In this document: in pieces, positions 1 through 14,560 of the stretch
Layout: the number at the start of each line of letters is the position of its first letter
How positions within the stretch are numbered: position 1 is the first letter of the stretch
Source: Phaeosaccion multiseriatum
Taxonomy: Eukaryota; Protista; Ochrophyta, other classes
Assembly: GCA_965112735.1 (NCBI GenBank)
Contig: OZ218951.1
Coordinates: forward strand, 372,001 to 436,000
Reading direction: 5' to 3'
Length of the DNA stretch: 64,000 bases
Program-made: the position numbers and the translations under genes
Notes under the pieces: generated by a model
Database searches by the model: none
Seen by the model: the letters and a program-made list of their open reading frames with translations, nothing else
What the model was told of the DNA's origin: nothing

Positions 1-1
1 G

Positions 2-2708
<2,707 letters not shown>

Positions 2709-2818
2709 GTGACGCAGATGGCAATAAACGGGTGGATGTGTTCGAGATGACATGAATACGTTGACTTGACTTACGTGCTGCTCTCGAGGACAACTTGCAA
2801 CGGGGAGAGGGTAAAGGA

Positions 2819-2849
<31 letters not shown>

Positions 2850-4618
2850 TTGGTGATACCGCAGCAGCAGAGTGAACGGTGGGGCTGTGGCCGGACACGA
2901 GTGTGCACTGCACGGCGGAGGGCGAGGCAGGGGTAAGGGGGGTAAGGGGGGATTAAGGGGGGGTAGGGCGGGGTTAACGGGGGTAAGGGGGGGTTACGGG
3001 GGGGGGGGGGGGTATAATTTTGACTCAACAGACTTGTTATCTCATTGGCTTTGTCATTTTGACTGATGTGTAAGACACGGAAGACATTGCAATTGGAATG
3101 AGAATGGGATGGACTAAAGGTGGACGGTTTGGGACACGGGAGGGGGGAGGGAAAAGAAACGCCAGGCAGCCAGCCAGGAGAGGAGCGGGGGGGGGGGGTA
3201 CCAGCGGGGTGCTGGCGATAGCAGAGGAGTGCTGGCAGCGACTGCAGCGGCTGTAGAAGAAGCGGGGACACAAGGCCCAGGAGGAGGCTCTTTAATTATG
3301 GAATGGCAAGATTAGATCGAGTGAATGGCAAGACTAGATCGATAAATTATCGAATGGCAAGATTAGATAAAATATCGAATGGCGATTAGATCGATCACGT
3401 GTTTGGAGAGTGGCCCACCAGGCCCGACTCGTGCAGCAGCGAGGGTGGGGTGGCTGTGAGCGACTTGCTTTGGCTGTCAGCGAGGTTGACTGCTTTGCGG
3501 AGACCTCCTTTCCTCTCTTCCTCGCTCCTTTCCTCGCTCCTTTCCTCTCCCCTTTCCTCGCTCCTTTCCTCTCTCCTTTGCCCCTGAAGCGATGCTCCAC
3601 CCTCTTTGCGCACCCCCTGACACGACTGCGGTTTTGCGCCACTTGAGTCGAGTCAGTCGAGTGTCACGCCGTCCTTTGATTGCTTTGAGCTTCCCTCGCT
3701 GCCCTTGTTCGTCGTTGCCAGTTAGGCCCCCGCCTTGTTGGCGACGGCTCCTCGATCGGGAGGGGACACCGGAGGCCTCTGGAAAAGCGGAGGCCTTCGT
3801 TTCTTCCCATATACTCTTACTTGGTTTCCTCTGTCCGCCAGCGTGGCCGGCCGCCCTCATTGTCGTCATCCCCTCCTGGTTCCACGTCATGCTTACCCCC
3901 TGGGTCTTCGTCACTTCCACCCCCTGGGTCTTCGTCACTCCCCCCCCCTGGGTCTGCCTCGCTATCGGAGGTTGGTCCATCTGCGGTCCCCTGCTGCCCT
4001 GCAGCTGCGTCGCACCCTTCCGCCCCCACCCCAGGGTGGATCACTTCGATCCCAACATCACCCTCTTCGCCTAAGTCTGCTCCCGCCCTCACCCCCAGGC
4101 TGTGTCTCGCCCCCCCCGGGGGCATCACCCGCGGCCGGCTGGTCCCCTCTGCCACCGACAGGTGCGTGCCCCATGCGCTGGGGTCTCGTCTCTCTCCGGG
4201 AAGAGCCTGGTGATCAGCCATGGCTCTCTCCATCTGTTGTCGCTGAGGTGGGAGATGATTGGCTGGCGCCGCGATGCTACTTGAAGAAATCCCAATAAGA
4301 AGAAAGCTCCGAGAAGCCTTGCCTGCAGCCGAGGGGGTGGATCTTGTCTACCCGGATTCAACGTAACCGTTTAGAAAAAGACACCAATCTTCTGAAGAGA
4401 AAGAAGGGAAAATTAAAATAAAAAGTACTCGTGCACGAGGAGGGGACGATGCCCTGGGAGGTGTGACGCAGCCCTTCCTCTGCCGCCACGCCAATGGAAA
4501 TGAAGGTTCCAGGGGCGAGGAAGGCCGTCGTAACGTTCCAATAGGGGGGGTGACGCAAGTCTTGCGGGAGCGAGACTCTCCAGCAGGCGACGAAAAGGAG
4601 CAGCAGGAACAAGAAACC

Positions 4619-7600
4619 ATGAGCCAGCGAGGCGGAACGATCGACGAAGGAGTCGCGGCCTCTTCTTCTCTCGTCGCTCCCCTACTACTGAGGAGGGCTC
4701 ACGAGGCTGTCGCTGAGCTCGGCGACAAGCCCTTTGCCTTTTGGTACGATGGCAAGGGCAAAGAGGCGGAGAGGTACAGTTTCAGACGCATGTGGGATGA
4801 GGTAAGCAACGCAACGACCAAACAACATTCCGTGGAGGTGTTGATGCCCCTGCTTCTTGTTCTCTCCTGCTGATTCAGCTGCTGCTGGCGTGCTGTAGTC
4901 TTGCACCTTGCACTTGACCCCGCCCGGTACTCCTACTAGACACTTTGTGATAATTAACCCAACAAGATGCGAACGTTCTTCTTCTCCCAACCCTGGCTGC
5001 CTTCTTGTGCTTCCTCAGGCGGGCAATATTGCCTACATGCTGCGCGAGGAGTGGGGCGTGCCCAAGGGCAGCATGGTGGTGCTGTGCTACGGGCCGGGCC
5101 TGCATTTCTTCGCCGCCTTCCTGGGCTGCCTGAGAGCGGGCGTGGTGGCGGTGATGGTGTACCCGCCCGCTCCTCCGCTGTCCAAGTCGCTGCCAAAGAT
5201 GAGCAAGATCGTGGCGGACTGCAAGCCCCTGCTGTGCCTCACCGACTCCACGATGGCAGCTGTGCGCAGAGTGGACAGGGCCAATCCACTATCTGACTCG
5301 CGCAAGCTGTGGCCTGCGGACCTCGGCTTTAAGGCTACAGATGGGGGGCTGTTCCAGAGCTTCTTCTCCTCCTCATCGTCGTCCTCCTCGTCAGCAAGGA
5401 GTTTCGATGAGCCGAGCGTGGCCGAGGAGGACCTGGCCTTCCTGCAGTACACCAGCGGTTCCACCGGCGACCCCAAAGGCGTGATGGTGACCTTCGGTGC
5501 GCTCATGGCCAATGTGTCCCTCTCGCAACACCTGATCCGCCACGGAACGGGGTTAGTGAGGGTGCGGCGAGCGAAGGAGGATGCACATCGAGGTGAGGAA
5601 CTGCCTCTCAAGATGGAGGGGGCTCCCGGAGGGGAAGACGCCGGTCTGCAAATTGCCACCTTGCCGCTAACGGGCTGCTCGTGGCTGCCTCAATACCATG
5701 TGAGTGAGTGATGAGTGCTCATGAGTGTGACTTGCATGCCACGCCAACGTCTCTGGCTGTGGGTTCTCGCCGTACCCTCGCTCCCATGGGATGGGCAGCA
5801 TCTGATCATAGTGAATAGTATACAGCAATCTCGGCGCTGTGTGCCCGTACTTACTGCCCCCCTCCCTCACCCCTCCCACCTTCACCGCAGGACATGGGCC
5901 TGGTGGTGGGCCTTGTGGGCCCCTTCCTGACGGGCATGACAATGCACTACATGTCCCCCGTGACGTTCATTAAGCGGCCCCTGCTCTGGCTAGAGCTCTT
6001 CTCTCGGTATCGCGTGGAGTGGTCCGTCGCCCCTGACTTCGCCTACACCCTCTGCGCCCGCTACATGGCCAAGGTGCGCGGCACTCGCAAGGAGCCCGCT
6101 TTGGACTTGTCCAGCGTTCTGTCACTCATCAACTCAGCAGAGCCGATTCGGCGAGAGACCATTGAGAGGTTTGAAGAAGCCTTCCGCCCCCACGGCCTCC
6201 CAGACGGGTATGTGAGAAGACGTGATGGAGCAGTGATCCACAAATAGAAGTGATGAAGCAGTGAGCTCAGCTGTGGGTAGTATACCATTGATTGTAGCTA
6301 CCGCGCTTGTACAACCTGCTGTAGCTCTCAGGGGGAGAGCTATCGCAAGTTTTTAGCTTCGTTCCTCACTCAGTTGCAATTCTTGCTATCGCTGGCTCTC
6401 TTTCTGTGCTGCGCAGGTGGTTCACGTCGGCTTACGGCTTGGCTGAGCATGTGGCATCAGGTGCGTAAACGTATGGTTCCCCTGAGATGCTTGCCTTTGC
6501 TTGCTGCACTACCATGGCCTAACAAACTCTCTTTGCCTGAACCTCGCCGCTCTGCTCTGCTCTTGCCTTCAATGGGAGCAGCTTGCTCCCTCGACTCTGT
6601 CCGCTGCTCCACCTCTAGGCCGGAACTCATCAGCGTAGGGTACGCGGGCACGGAAGCGGACTTTGCGCACTTCCGAATCGTCAATCCTGACACCATGGTC
6701 GAGGTCAGCGAAGCAGCAGCCACGGGAGAGATTTGGGTCTCCTCTCCCTGTATCACCGCCGGGTACTGGGGCAAGCCCGAGCTGTCGAAGGAGACGTTTG
6801 GCGCAGCACTCGCACTCCCCAAAGGAACGGGGGGGAGCGATGGCAGTGACCTCTCCTCAAATTGCAAGTACCTGCGGACGGGCGACGTGGGCTTTGTGGA
6901 GGAGGGGCTGCTGTACATCTGCGGCCGCATCAAGGACCTCATCATCTTCAATGGGGTCAACCACTACCCGCAGGACGTCGAGTTCGCTGTGCAAGAGGCC
7001 TCCAGCGCCGTTCGGCAGGGCTGCATTGCGGCCTTCTCCTCCGACGAGACGGGAGGGGACGGTGTGCTGGAGGTGGTGTTCGAGATCCGCCAAGAGCGAG
7101 AGGGCGAGGCCCAGGCAGTGGTGGAGGCTGCTCAAGGCGCCTTGTCGTCCTCCTTGGGTCTGAGAGCGGCGAAGGTGGTGGCCATCAAGCAGAAGACCAT
7201 CCCCAAGACCACGAGCGGCAAGATCCGACGGCGGGCGACGAGACAGGCGCTTCACGCTGGCGAGCTGCACATGGTGCACGAGATCATAGATATCGATAAC
7301 CGCACTGCGATGTCACAGGTGCGAGTGAGCGGGAGTGGAGGCCTCTTGCCTATCTCTCCAATCCTTTGCCCCCTTCAGTCTCTGTGCTTTGGTACTTACC
7401 CTTCACAGCCCTTTTCATCCGTGCAGTTGTGGTGAGAGAATCGTCTGCTGAGGGCTTTGCGTCGAGTCTCACCCCACTTGTCATGCCCATTTCTCCCCCA
7501 ACCTATACCGACAGGACTCTCCTCCTGTGAACCTTGCCAGCGTGTGCTCAGCTCCCGAGGAAAGGGCTTGCTTCGTCGAAGGCGGTGTCCCGGAGGGGAG

Positions 7601-9195
7601 AGGAGAAGGCGGTCTGGCCATGCGTGCTTTGGAGAGCCTCGATAGGGAGGCAAGGGTGGCCATCATCTTGGAGAAGCTCCTCGAGTTTGCCGTAGAGGTG
7701 ACGCACAACGGAGATTTGACCGCCGACGACCGCTTCATGGAGGCGGGCATGACCTCGGTGATGATGGCCGAGCTGGCGGTGATGCTCGAGGACTTTCTGG
7801 GCAGCGAGAAGACTGAAGAGGGGAGCGACAAGGATTCTGAGATTGGGGCCGACGCCCTCTTTGACTATCCGACACCAGCTCTACTCGCAGCTCACCTGGA
7901 GACGGTCCTGTTTGGAGAAGAAGAGGAGGAGGACGACGCTTCCGTTGACGGACTGCCTCGCTCCATTCCTGGGGTCCCTTCTTCTAACGGTAGCAGCGGC
8001 GACATTGCAGTCATTGGGATGGCCTGTCGGTTCCCCGGTGGCTGCAACAGCCCGGAAAAGCTCTGGGCGAAGCTGTGCAATGAGGAGGACTGCGTCACCG
8101 ATGCACCCCTTGAGCGAGGCTTGGGAACAGGAGTGAGAGGTGCGTTTCTACCCTGTGTCCACGAGGCTTGCAAATGTTAGTCTTAGAGGGCATGGAAGCC
8201 TTGCTGGGCGCTTCTTTGCCCGTCTCTGTGCCCCACTCACCCCATTTTGAACGCTCCTCCTCTCACCGTCATGCGAGCAGGTGGCTTCATCGATGGCGTT
8301 GAAGCGTTCGACAACACATTCTTCGGCCTGTCCACCGCCGAGGCGGAGACCCAAGATCCCAACCAGCGCATCATGCTCGAAGTGGCGTACGAGGCTCTGC
8401 ACAGAGCCGGCTACGAGGGCCGACGCAGGCTTGAAGGTCACCGAGTTGGCGTGTTTGTGGGCGCTGCAGGGAGTGATTGGCCCGCTTTGCTGCGTGAGAG
8501 CGCGGATGGCGTTTCTCTCAGCGCCTACACGTTGGCAGGGGCAAGCCGAGCATGTTTCGCTGGCCGCATTTCGCACACACTCGGCCTTGTAGGTCCATGC
8601 GAAAGCGTAGATGCAGCATGCTCATCGGCCCTAGTGGCCCTCAGCAACGCGTGCAACAGTCTGAAACTGAGGCAGTGCAGCTCTGCCGTCGTTGGCGGGG
8701 TCAACCTGCTGCTCCATGACCAAGGCTTTGGCGGCCTGGCCAGTGCGGGGCTTCTGTCGAAGGAAGGGTGAGTGTGCTCCTGCAGCTCTTCATCTATTTT
8801 CTTCCTTCCAAAGCGCCCTTTCTCTTCTCTCTGGTCCCTTGCTTGGACACTGATCCACCCCGCCCCCCACTCTACTTCCTGTCCCGTCTCCTTCTCCAGG
8901 TACTGCAAATCCTTTGACGCGGCCGAGGACGGCTACGTGCGCAGTGAGGGCAGCGGGGCAGTCGTGCTGAAGTACCTGCCGGACGCCATCAAGGACGGAG
9001 ACAACATCCTTGCCGTCATCAAGGCAGCGGCTGTCAGCCACAATGGCGTCAGCACTTCTCTGTCTGCCCCCAAGGGAGCCGCCCAAGAGAGCTTGGCGAG
9101 GAGCGCCCTGCGGCAGGCAGGGTGCGAGGGGAGAGAAGTGGGCTACGTTGAGGCTCACGCCACGGGAACGGTCATGGGTGACACCATCGAAATGG
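4619..9195 (+). CDS. Type I PKS-like megasynthase N-terminus: fatty acyl-AMP ligase - ACP - ketosynthase, truncated mid-KS; exons approx 4619-4801, 5019-5699, 5891-6207, 6417-6460, 6582-7318, 7515-8139, 8281-8767, 8900-9195
   Basis: FAAL motifs AFLQYTSGSTGDPKGV, SWLPQYH|DMGL, AYGLAE, YLRTGDVG, GRIKDLII, IPKTTSGKIRR. ACP FMEAGMTSVM and LFDYPT. KS IAVIGMACRFPG, DPNQRIMLE, VDAACSSALVAL (catalytic Cys), DGYVRSEG, EAHATGT. No further KS exon follows the donor at 9196. Confidence 0.9.
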
Positions 9196-9363
9196 GTACG
9201 TCGAAGCAGGCGAAGGGGGTTAAAAGAGGACCATTCGTGTTGGACCATCCCTGTCGTTTAAAAGCGGGGCATTCATGTTAGACCATCATTGTGAAGTCTC
9301 TTTTACGTCTCAACTCGAAGAATGATGCTGTGGAGAGAGATATCAAACATAAGCTTATTCGTG

Positions 9364-10323
9364 CCCTCCCTCCCTCCCTCCCTCCCTCCCTCCCTCCCTC
9401 CCTCCCTCCCTCCCTCCCTCCCTCCCTCCCTCCCTCCCTCCCTCCCTCCCTCCCTCCCTGCCTCCCTCCCTCCCTCCCTCCCTCCCTCCCTCCCTCCCTC
9501 CCTCCCTCCCTCCCTCCCTCCCTCCCTCCCTCCCTCCCTCCCTCCCTCCCTCCCTCCCTCCCTCCCTCCCTCCCTCCCTCCCTCCCTCCCTCCCTCCCTC
9601 CCTCCCTCCCTCCCTCCCTCCCTCCCTCCCTCCCTCCCTCCCTCCCTCCCTCCCTCCCTCCCTCCCTCCCTCCCTCCCTCCCTCCCTCCCTCCCTCCCTC
9701 CCTCCCTCCCTCCCTCCCTCCCTCCCTCCCTCCCTCCCTCCCTCCCTCCCTCCCTCCCTCCCTCCCTCCCTCCCTCCCTCCCTCCCTCCCTCCCTCCCTC
9801 CCTCCCTCCCTCCCTCCCTCCCTCCCTCCCTCCCTCCCTCCCTCCCTCCCTCCCTCCCTCCCTCCCTCCCTCCCTCCCTCCCTCCCTCCCTCCCTCCCTC
9901 CCTCCCTCCCTCCCTCCCTCCCTCCCTCCCTCCCTCCCTCCCTCCCTCCCTCCCTCCCTCCCTCCCTCCCTCCCTCCCTCCCTCCCTCCCTCCCTCCCTC
10001 CCTCCCTCCCTCCCTCCCTCCCTCCCTCCCTCCCTCCCTCCCTCCCTCCCTCCCTCCCTCCCTCCCTCCCTCCCTCCCTCCCTCCCTCCCTCCCTCCCTC
10101 CCTCCCTCCCTCCCTCCCTCCCTCCCTCCCTCCCTCCCTCCCTCCCTCCCTCCCTCCCTCCCTCCCTCCCTCCCTCCCTCCCTCCCTCCCTCCCTCCCTC
10201 CCTCCCTCCCTCCCTCCCTCCCTCCCTCCCTCCCTCCCTCCCTCCCTCCCTCCCTCCCTCCCTCCCTCCCTCCCTCCCTCCCTCCCTCCCTCCCTCCCTC
10301 CCTCCCTCCCTCCCTCCCTCCCT
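9364..10323. repeat. (CCCT)n microsatellite, ~240 near-perfect units, at the host/virus transition
   Basis: Directly visible; one variant unit near 9460. Confidence 0.98.
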
Positions 10324-10327
10324 GCTC

Positions 10328-11506
10328 GTGCCTGTGACGCAGCTGCCCAACGACGCTTGGAATGCGATTATCGCTCGCGCAGAGGACCATGAGGATACTA
10401 TCCTGTTGCCAGACACGGTGAAGGAGGTGGCCAAGATCTTGCGGACCAATGTCCGCATTTGCGGGTTGGTTGGGGGGAGCCTGTTCAAAGACCAGTTGCG
10501 AGGCAAGTATCTGAACATGCTGCAGATTTACAATATTTACAGCGAACACATCAACCACGCCGTGACGGCGCAGGGGAGCATTGCCATCAAGCGCCCGGAC
10601 ATTCAAGCCATGCGGGACGCAAAGAAGGAGGCCCTCAAGCTCTTCAGCGTCTTCATTAAGGATGCCCCCTCACCAGAGTTTGTGGCTCAGCACTTTGTGC
10701 CTCACATGCTGGACCCGGTAGTAGGAGACTACCAGCGGTGCACCGCCGAGACGAGAGACCCCGAGGTACTGACTCTATTCGCTGTGATAGTGGAGCGGCT
10801 GAAGGAGCACGCTGTACCCATTGTGCCCCGCATCATGGCGGTGGTGTTCGACCGCACTCTACCAATGATTACGCGCAATTTTGAGGACTTTCCAGAGCAC
10901 AGAATCAGGTTCTTCCGATTCATCGAGGCTGTCAGCCACCACTGCTTTGAGGGGCTGAATCAGTTACCGGCGGAGGGCCATCTGCTGATGATGGAGAGCG
11001 TGATGTTCGCCTTCAGGCACCCGGAGAGCAACATTGCAGAGACGGGCCTCGAGATTTTGCACAAGCTGCTGGAGAACGTGGGGAGAACACCCGCTGCGAT
11101 GGCGCAGAGCTTCTACAGTAAGTACTTGCAGGGCTTGGTCCTGAACATAATCGGGGTCACGACGCACCGCCTGCATAAGAGCTCCTTCGATATGCACGCC
11201 ACGCTGCTGCGCCGAATCTTCCACCTCGTGGCTACGGGCAAGGTGACGGCCCCCCTCTACGACCCGCAGCTGCACCCGCAGGCCATGGACAACAAGAAGT
11301 TCCTGGGCGAGTACGTGCAAGAGCTACTCACGGCATTCTTCCCCTATCTCAACGAGGGGCAGGTGGTGACCTTTGTGCAGAGGCTGTTCGACGTCGACAT
11401 GGACCTGCCCGCCTACAAGCAGCACCTCAAGGACTTCCTCGTTCACGTCAAGCACTCTAGCTCGGTGGACACTGCACCGACCTCCCGCCTCGCCGTTTTC
11501 TCATAA
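10328..11506 (+). CDS. Intronless exportin-1 (CRM1/XPO1) C-terminal fragment; 5' end abuts the CCCT tract, no clear ATG start (possibly pseudogene)
   Basis: CRM1_C-like motifs PNDAWNAII, ILRTNVRIC, LDPVVGDY, RDPEVL, TLPMITRNFEDFPEHRIRFF, NIAETGLEIL, HLKDFLV. Confidence 0.85.
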   Translation: MPVTQLPNDAWNAIIARAEDHEDTILLPDTVKEVAKILRTNVRICGLVGGSLFKDQLRGKYLNMLQIYNIYSEHINHAVTAQGSIAIKRPDIQAMRDAKKEALKLFSVFIKDAPSPEFVAQHFVPHMLDPVVGDYQRCTAETRDPEVLTLFAVIVERLKEHAVPIVPRIMAVVFDRTLPMITRNFEDFPEHRIRFFRFIEAVSHHCFEGLNQLPAEGHLLMMESVMFAFRHPESNIAETGLEILHKLLENVGRTPAAMAQSFYSKYLQGLVLNIIGVTTHRLHKSSFDMHATLLRRIFHLVATGKVTAPLYDPQLHPQAMDNKKFLGEYVQELLTAFFPYLNEGQVVTFVQRLFDVDMDLPAYKQHLKDFLVHVKHSSSVDTAPTSRLAVFS

Positions 11507-11669
11507 GCCGCCTGCTACGCTTGAAATGATGCCCACATCCTGGGCGATTTAATTGTGATGCGAGTAGCTAGCCGTATAATATGAGCGTTGGAAGGGCCCG
11601 TCCCGTAACGAGTTAGAGGCTGAATAATGCCATCAATGCCATCATCAATGCCTACACTTCATCTTTCAT

Positions 11670-12720
11670 TATGGGCTTCGAAATTATGGATTGTCACGAA
11701 TCACTCGAGCCACTCGGCAATCTGATTGCAGGAGTGTTGGGATTCCACACTTATTGACAATGCGATAAACACACTGGTTCCGCTATACGCAGAGTCTCAT
11801 ACTGCGGGAAGGCTCTGAATACACAAATGCTCGAATAGGCTGCCAAATTGGCTTCGAAGTTGTGGTTTGTCACAAATCGCTCGACCCACTCCACAATCTG
11901 ATCCCAGGGATGTTGCGATTTCAAAGGTCTTTGCAACACGGTTAGCACATTGGACCCACTTCACGCGAAGCCTCATACTGTGGGTAGGGTCTGAATACAC
12001 AAATGCTCGAATAGATCACCAAATTGGCCTCGAAGTCGTATATTGTCACGAACCACTCGAACCACTCGACAATCTGATTGCAGGAGTGGTGGGACTCTAC
12101 CTTTCTTTCCAATGCGATAAACATACTAGACCCGCTTAAACGCGAAGCCTCATACCAGGGGCAGGCTCTCAATACACAATTGCTCGAATAGTTCGCCAAA
12201 TTGGCTTCGAAGTTGTTGTTTGGCACGAATCATTCGAACCACTCCACAACCTGATGCCAGGAGTAGTGGGACCCCACACTTCTTGGCAAGGCGGTAAACA
12301 CACTGGCTCCGCTACACGCGAAGCCTCATACTACGGGTAGGCTCTCAATACACAACTGCTCGAATAGATTGGCAAATTGGCTTCGAAGTTGGGGTTTGTC
12401 ACGAATCACGCAAACCACTCCACAATCTGATCATTCTGATCCCAGTAGTGGTGGGACCCCACACTTCTTGGCAACGCGGTAAACACAACGGACCCGCAAC
12501 GCACAAAGTGACATACTGCGGGCAGGCTTTGAATCATAATTGCTCAAATAGATCGCCAAATTGGCTTCGAAGTTGTGGTTTGTCACGAATTACCCGAACC
12601 ACTCCACGATCTGATCGCAGGAGTGTTGGGACTCCAGACTTATTAATAATGCGGTATTGACGCGCAGCCTCAAACTGTGGGCAGGGTCTGAATACACAAA
12701 TGCTCGAATATATAAATATG
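11670..12720 (-). repeat. Diverged tandem array, ~6 units of ~176 bp, related to the 177-bp satellite in opposite orientation
   Basis: GG(C)(T/C)TCGAA anchor recurs at 11674, 11850, 12026, 12203, 12379, 12563. GTCACGAATCACTCGAGCCACTC matches the reverse complement of the main unit. Confidence 0.88.
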
Positions 12721-12763
12721 CTCGAAGGTATTTGCCAAATCTGCCTCTGTTCTGTCGAACATA

Positions 12764-14425
12764 TCATTCCGAAGCGACTTCAGAACGACCAGGTTCCTCT
12801 TTAGACCTTAGTTGTAGGCCCGCGAGATCTTCCTGGAATTTTTTCCATAGCTCAACAAGACGAAGGCGCTTACGCTCGATATCCTTCTCGCGCTCTTTAC
12901 CTTCGTCTATCTTCTGAAGGTATTCTTCTCTCTCCCTCTTGATTGTAGCTAGCTCTGTCTCTACTTCGGTCAAACTGAGAAGGGCTTTCGCAAGACTCTT
13001 TCTTACATCTTCTCCATAGAATCTAGGCATTGTCTCGCATAAAGCGGCAACGGAGTTAGAGCGCTCGTTCGCGGCGTCATTGTTGAGTCTGGTCCTTTTC
13101 TCGCCCGGACATTGCTCCTTCAGCTGCGAATGGCTGGCTGATCTCTTAGAGCCTACCCGTGGCGGTGCAGCAGCACCAGCAGCACCAGCAGCACCAGCAG
13201 CACCAGCAGCACCAGCAGCACCAGCAGCACCAGCAGCACCAGCAGCACCAGCAGCACCAGCAGCACCAGCAGCACCAGCAGCACCAGCAGCACCAGCAGC
13301 ACCAGCAGCACCAGCAGCACCAGCAGCACCAGCAGCACCAGCAGCACCAGCAGCACCAGCAGCACCAGCAGCACCAGCAGCACCAGCAGCACCAGCAGCA
13401 CCAGCAGCACCAGCAGAACCAGGAGCACGAGCACCAGGAGCACCAGCAGCACCAGCAGCACCAGCAGCACCAGCACCAGGAGCACCAGGAGCACCTGAAC
13501 CGGTTCCAAAGTCCCCCCCTGCACCGGCTCCAGCCTCTCCCCCCCGCGCTGCTACTGCTGCTTCTGCTGCTGCTGCTGCCTTGATTAATTGGAAGAACCT
13601 GATTCTGTGCTCTGCAAAGTGCTCAGAGTTGCTCGCAACCATTGGTAGAGTGCACTCGAACATCACCGCCATGATGCGGGTCAAGAAGGGCACAGCGTGC
13701 TCCTTCAGCCGCTCCACCATCACAGCAAGCAAAGTCAACACCTCGGGGTCTCTCGTCTCGGCGGTGCACCGCTGGTAGTCTCCCAATACCGGGTCCAGCA
13801 TAGGAGGCACAAAGTTCTGTGCTACATACTCTGGTGAGGGGGCATCCGGTGCTCCCGACACCTTAAAAAAGGCACTCATGAGGTTGAGGGCCTGCTTCTT
13901 TGCGTCCCGCATGGCTTGAACGTCGGGGCGCTTGATGGCAATGTCCCCCTGCGCCGCCACGACGTGGTTGATGTGTTCGCTGTAAGTATTGTAAATCCGC
14001 AGCATGTTTCGATAGACCTTTCGCAACTGGTCTTTGAACAGGCTCCCTCCAATCAACCTGCAAATGCGGACATTGGTCCGCAAGATCTTGGCCACCTCCT
14101 TCACCGTGTCTGGCAACAGGATAGTATCCTCATGGTCCTCTGCGCGAGCGATAATCGCATTCCAAGCGTCGTTGGGCAGCAGCGTCACAGGCATGAGCAT
14201 CTGCGCTCGTACCCAGTCCAGTGACACCGTGTGGCCCTTTTCATGTAGCGTATACACGGCCGCCTTGCAGATCCTGTCCGTGTCGAACTTCTCCTCGTTC
14301 AGCATATACGCGATTGCCATAGAGATATTGTCCACAGCGCACTTCGCCTCGAGAGAGGGTAGGTCTGTGTCCGGGGGTGACGTAGCGTTTGCTACAGCTC
14401 GCACGACTGCTCCTGTTTGCACCAT
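12764..14425 (-). CDS. Chimeric 553-aa protein: viral-family-like N-terminus + CRM1 fragment (14200-13580) + (Gly-Ala-Ala)n linker + coiled-coil C-terminus
   Basis: ATG-started uninterrupted ORF. Central part closely matches 10323-10925. Flanks resemble the 50-53 kb paralogs by eye. Confidence 0.8.
   Translation of the reverse strand: MVQTGAVVRAVANATSPPDTDLPSLEAKCAVDNISMAIAYMLNEEKFDTDRICKAAVYTLHEKGHTVSLDWVRAQMLMPVTLLPNDAWNAIIARAEDHEDTILLPDTVKEVAKILRTNVRICRLIGGSLFKDQLRKVYRNMLRIYNTYSEHINHVVAAQGDIAIKRPDVQAMRDAKKQALNLMSAFFKVSGAPDAPSPEYVAQNFVPPMLDPVLGDYQRCTAETRDPEVLTLLAVMVERLKEHAVPFLTRIMAVMFECTLPMVASNSEHFAEHRIRFFQLIKAAAAAEAAVAARGGEAGAGAGGDFGTGSGAPGAPGAGAAGAAGAAGAPGARAPGSAGAAGAAGAAGAAGAAGAAGAAGAAGAAGAAGAAGAAGAAGAAGAAGAAGAAGAAGAAGAAGAAGAAGAAGAAGAAGAAGAAAPPRVGSKRSASHSQLKEQCPGEKRTRLNNDAANERSNSVAALCETMPRFYGEDVRKSLAKALLSLTEVETELATIKREREEYLQKIDEGKEREKDIERKRLRLVELWKKFQEDLAGLQLRSKEEPGRSEVASE
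13168..13495. repeat. (GCACCAGCA)n 9-bp coding repeat (Gly-Ala-Ala on minus strand)
   Basis: Directly visible. Confidence 0.95.
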
Positions 14426-14560
14426 TGTCTATTTTCTTCTTCAGGCAAGTTTGTATTGTGTGTAAGTGAGCAGCATTATGTGTAAGTGAGCAGCCAGGGT
14501 TAAAGTGCCTTCACTTGAAAAATTTGTTGAAATTGTTGACATAGGGTGAAATTGTTGACA

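Noticed and set aside
2950-4560. Possible transposon or gene between GPI and PKS (short tandem repeats at 3293-3395, 3508-3578, 3895-3955; low-complexity ORFs)
   Set aside because: No terminal repeats, transposase/RT motifs or convincing splice structure found.
9278-10606. Long LPPS/GGRE ORFs
   Set aside because: Artefacts of the stop-free (CCCT)n tract.
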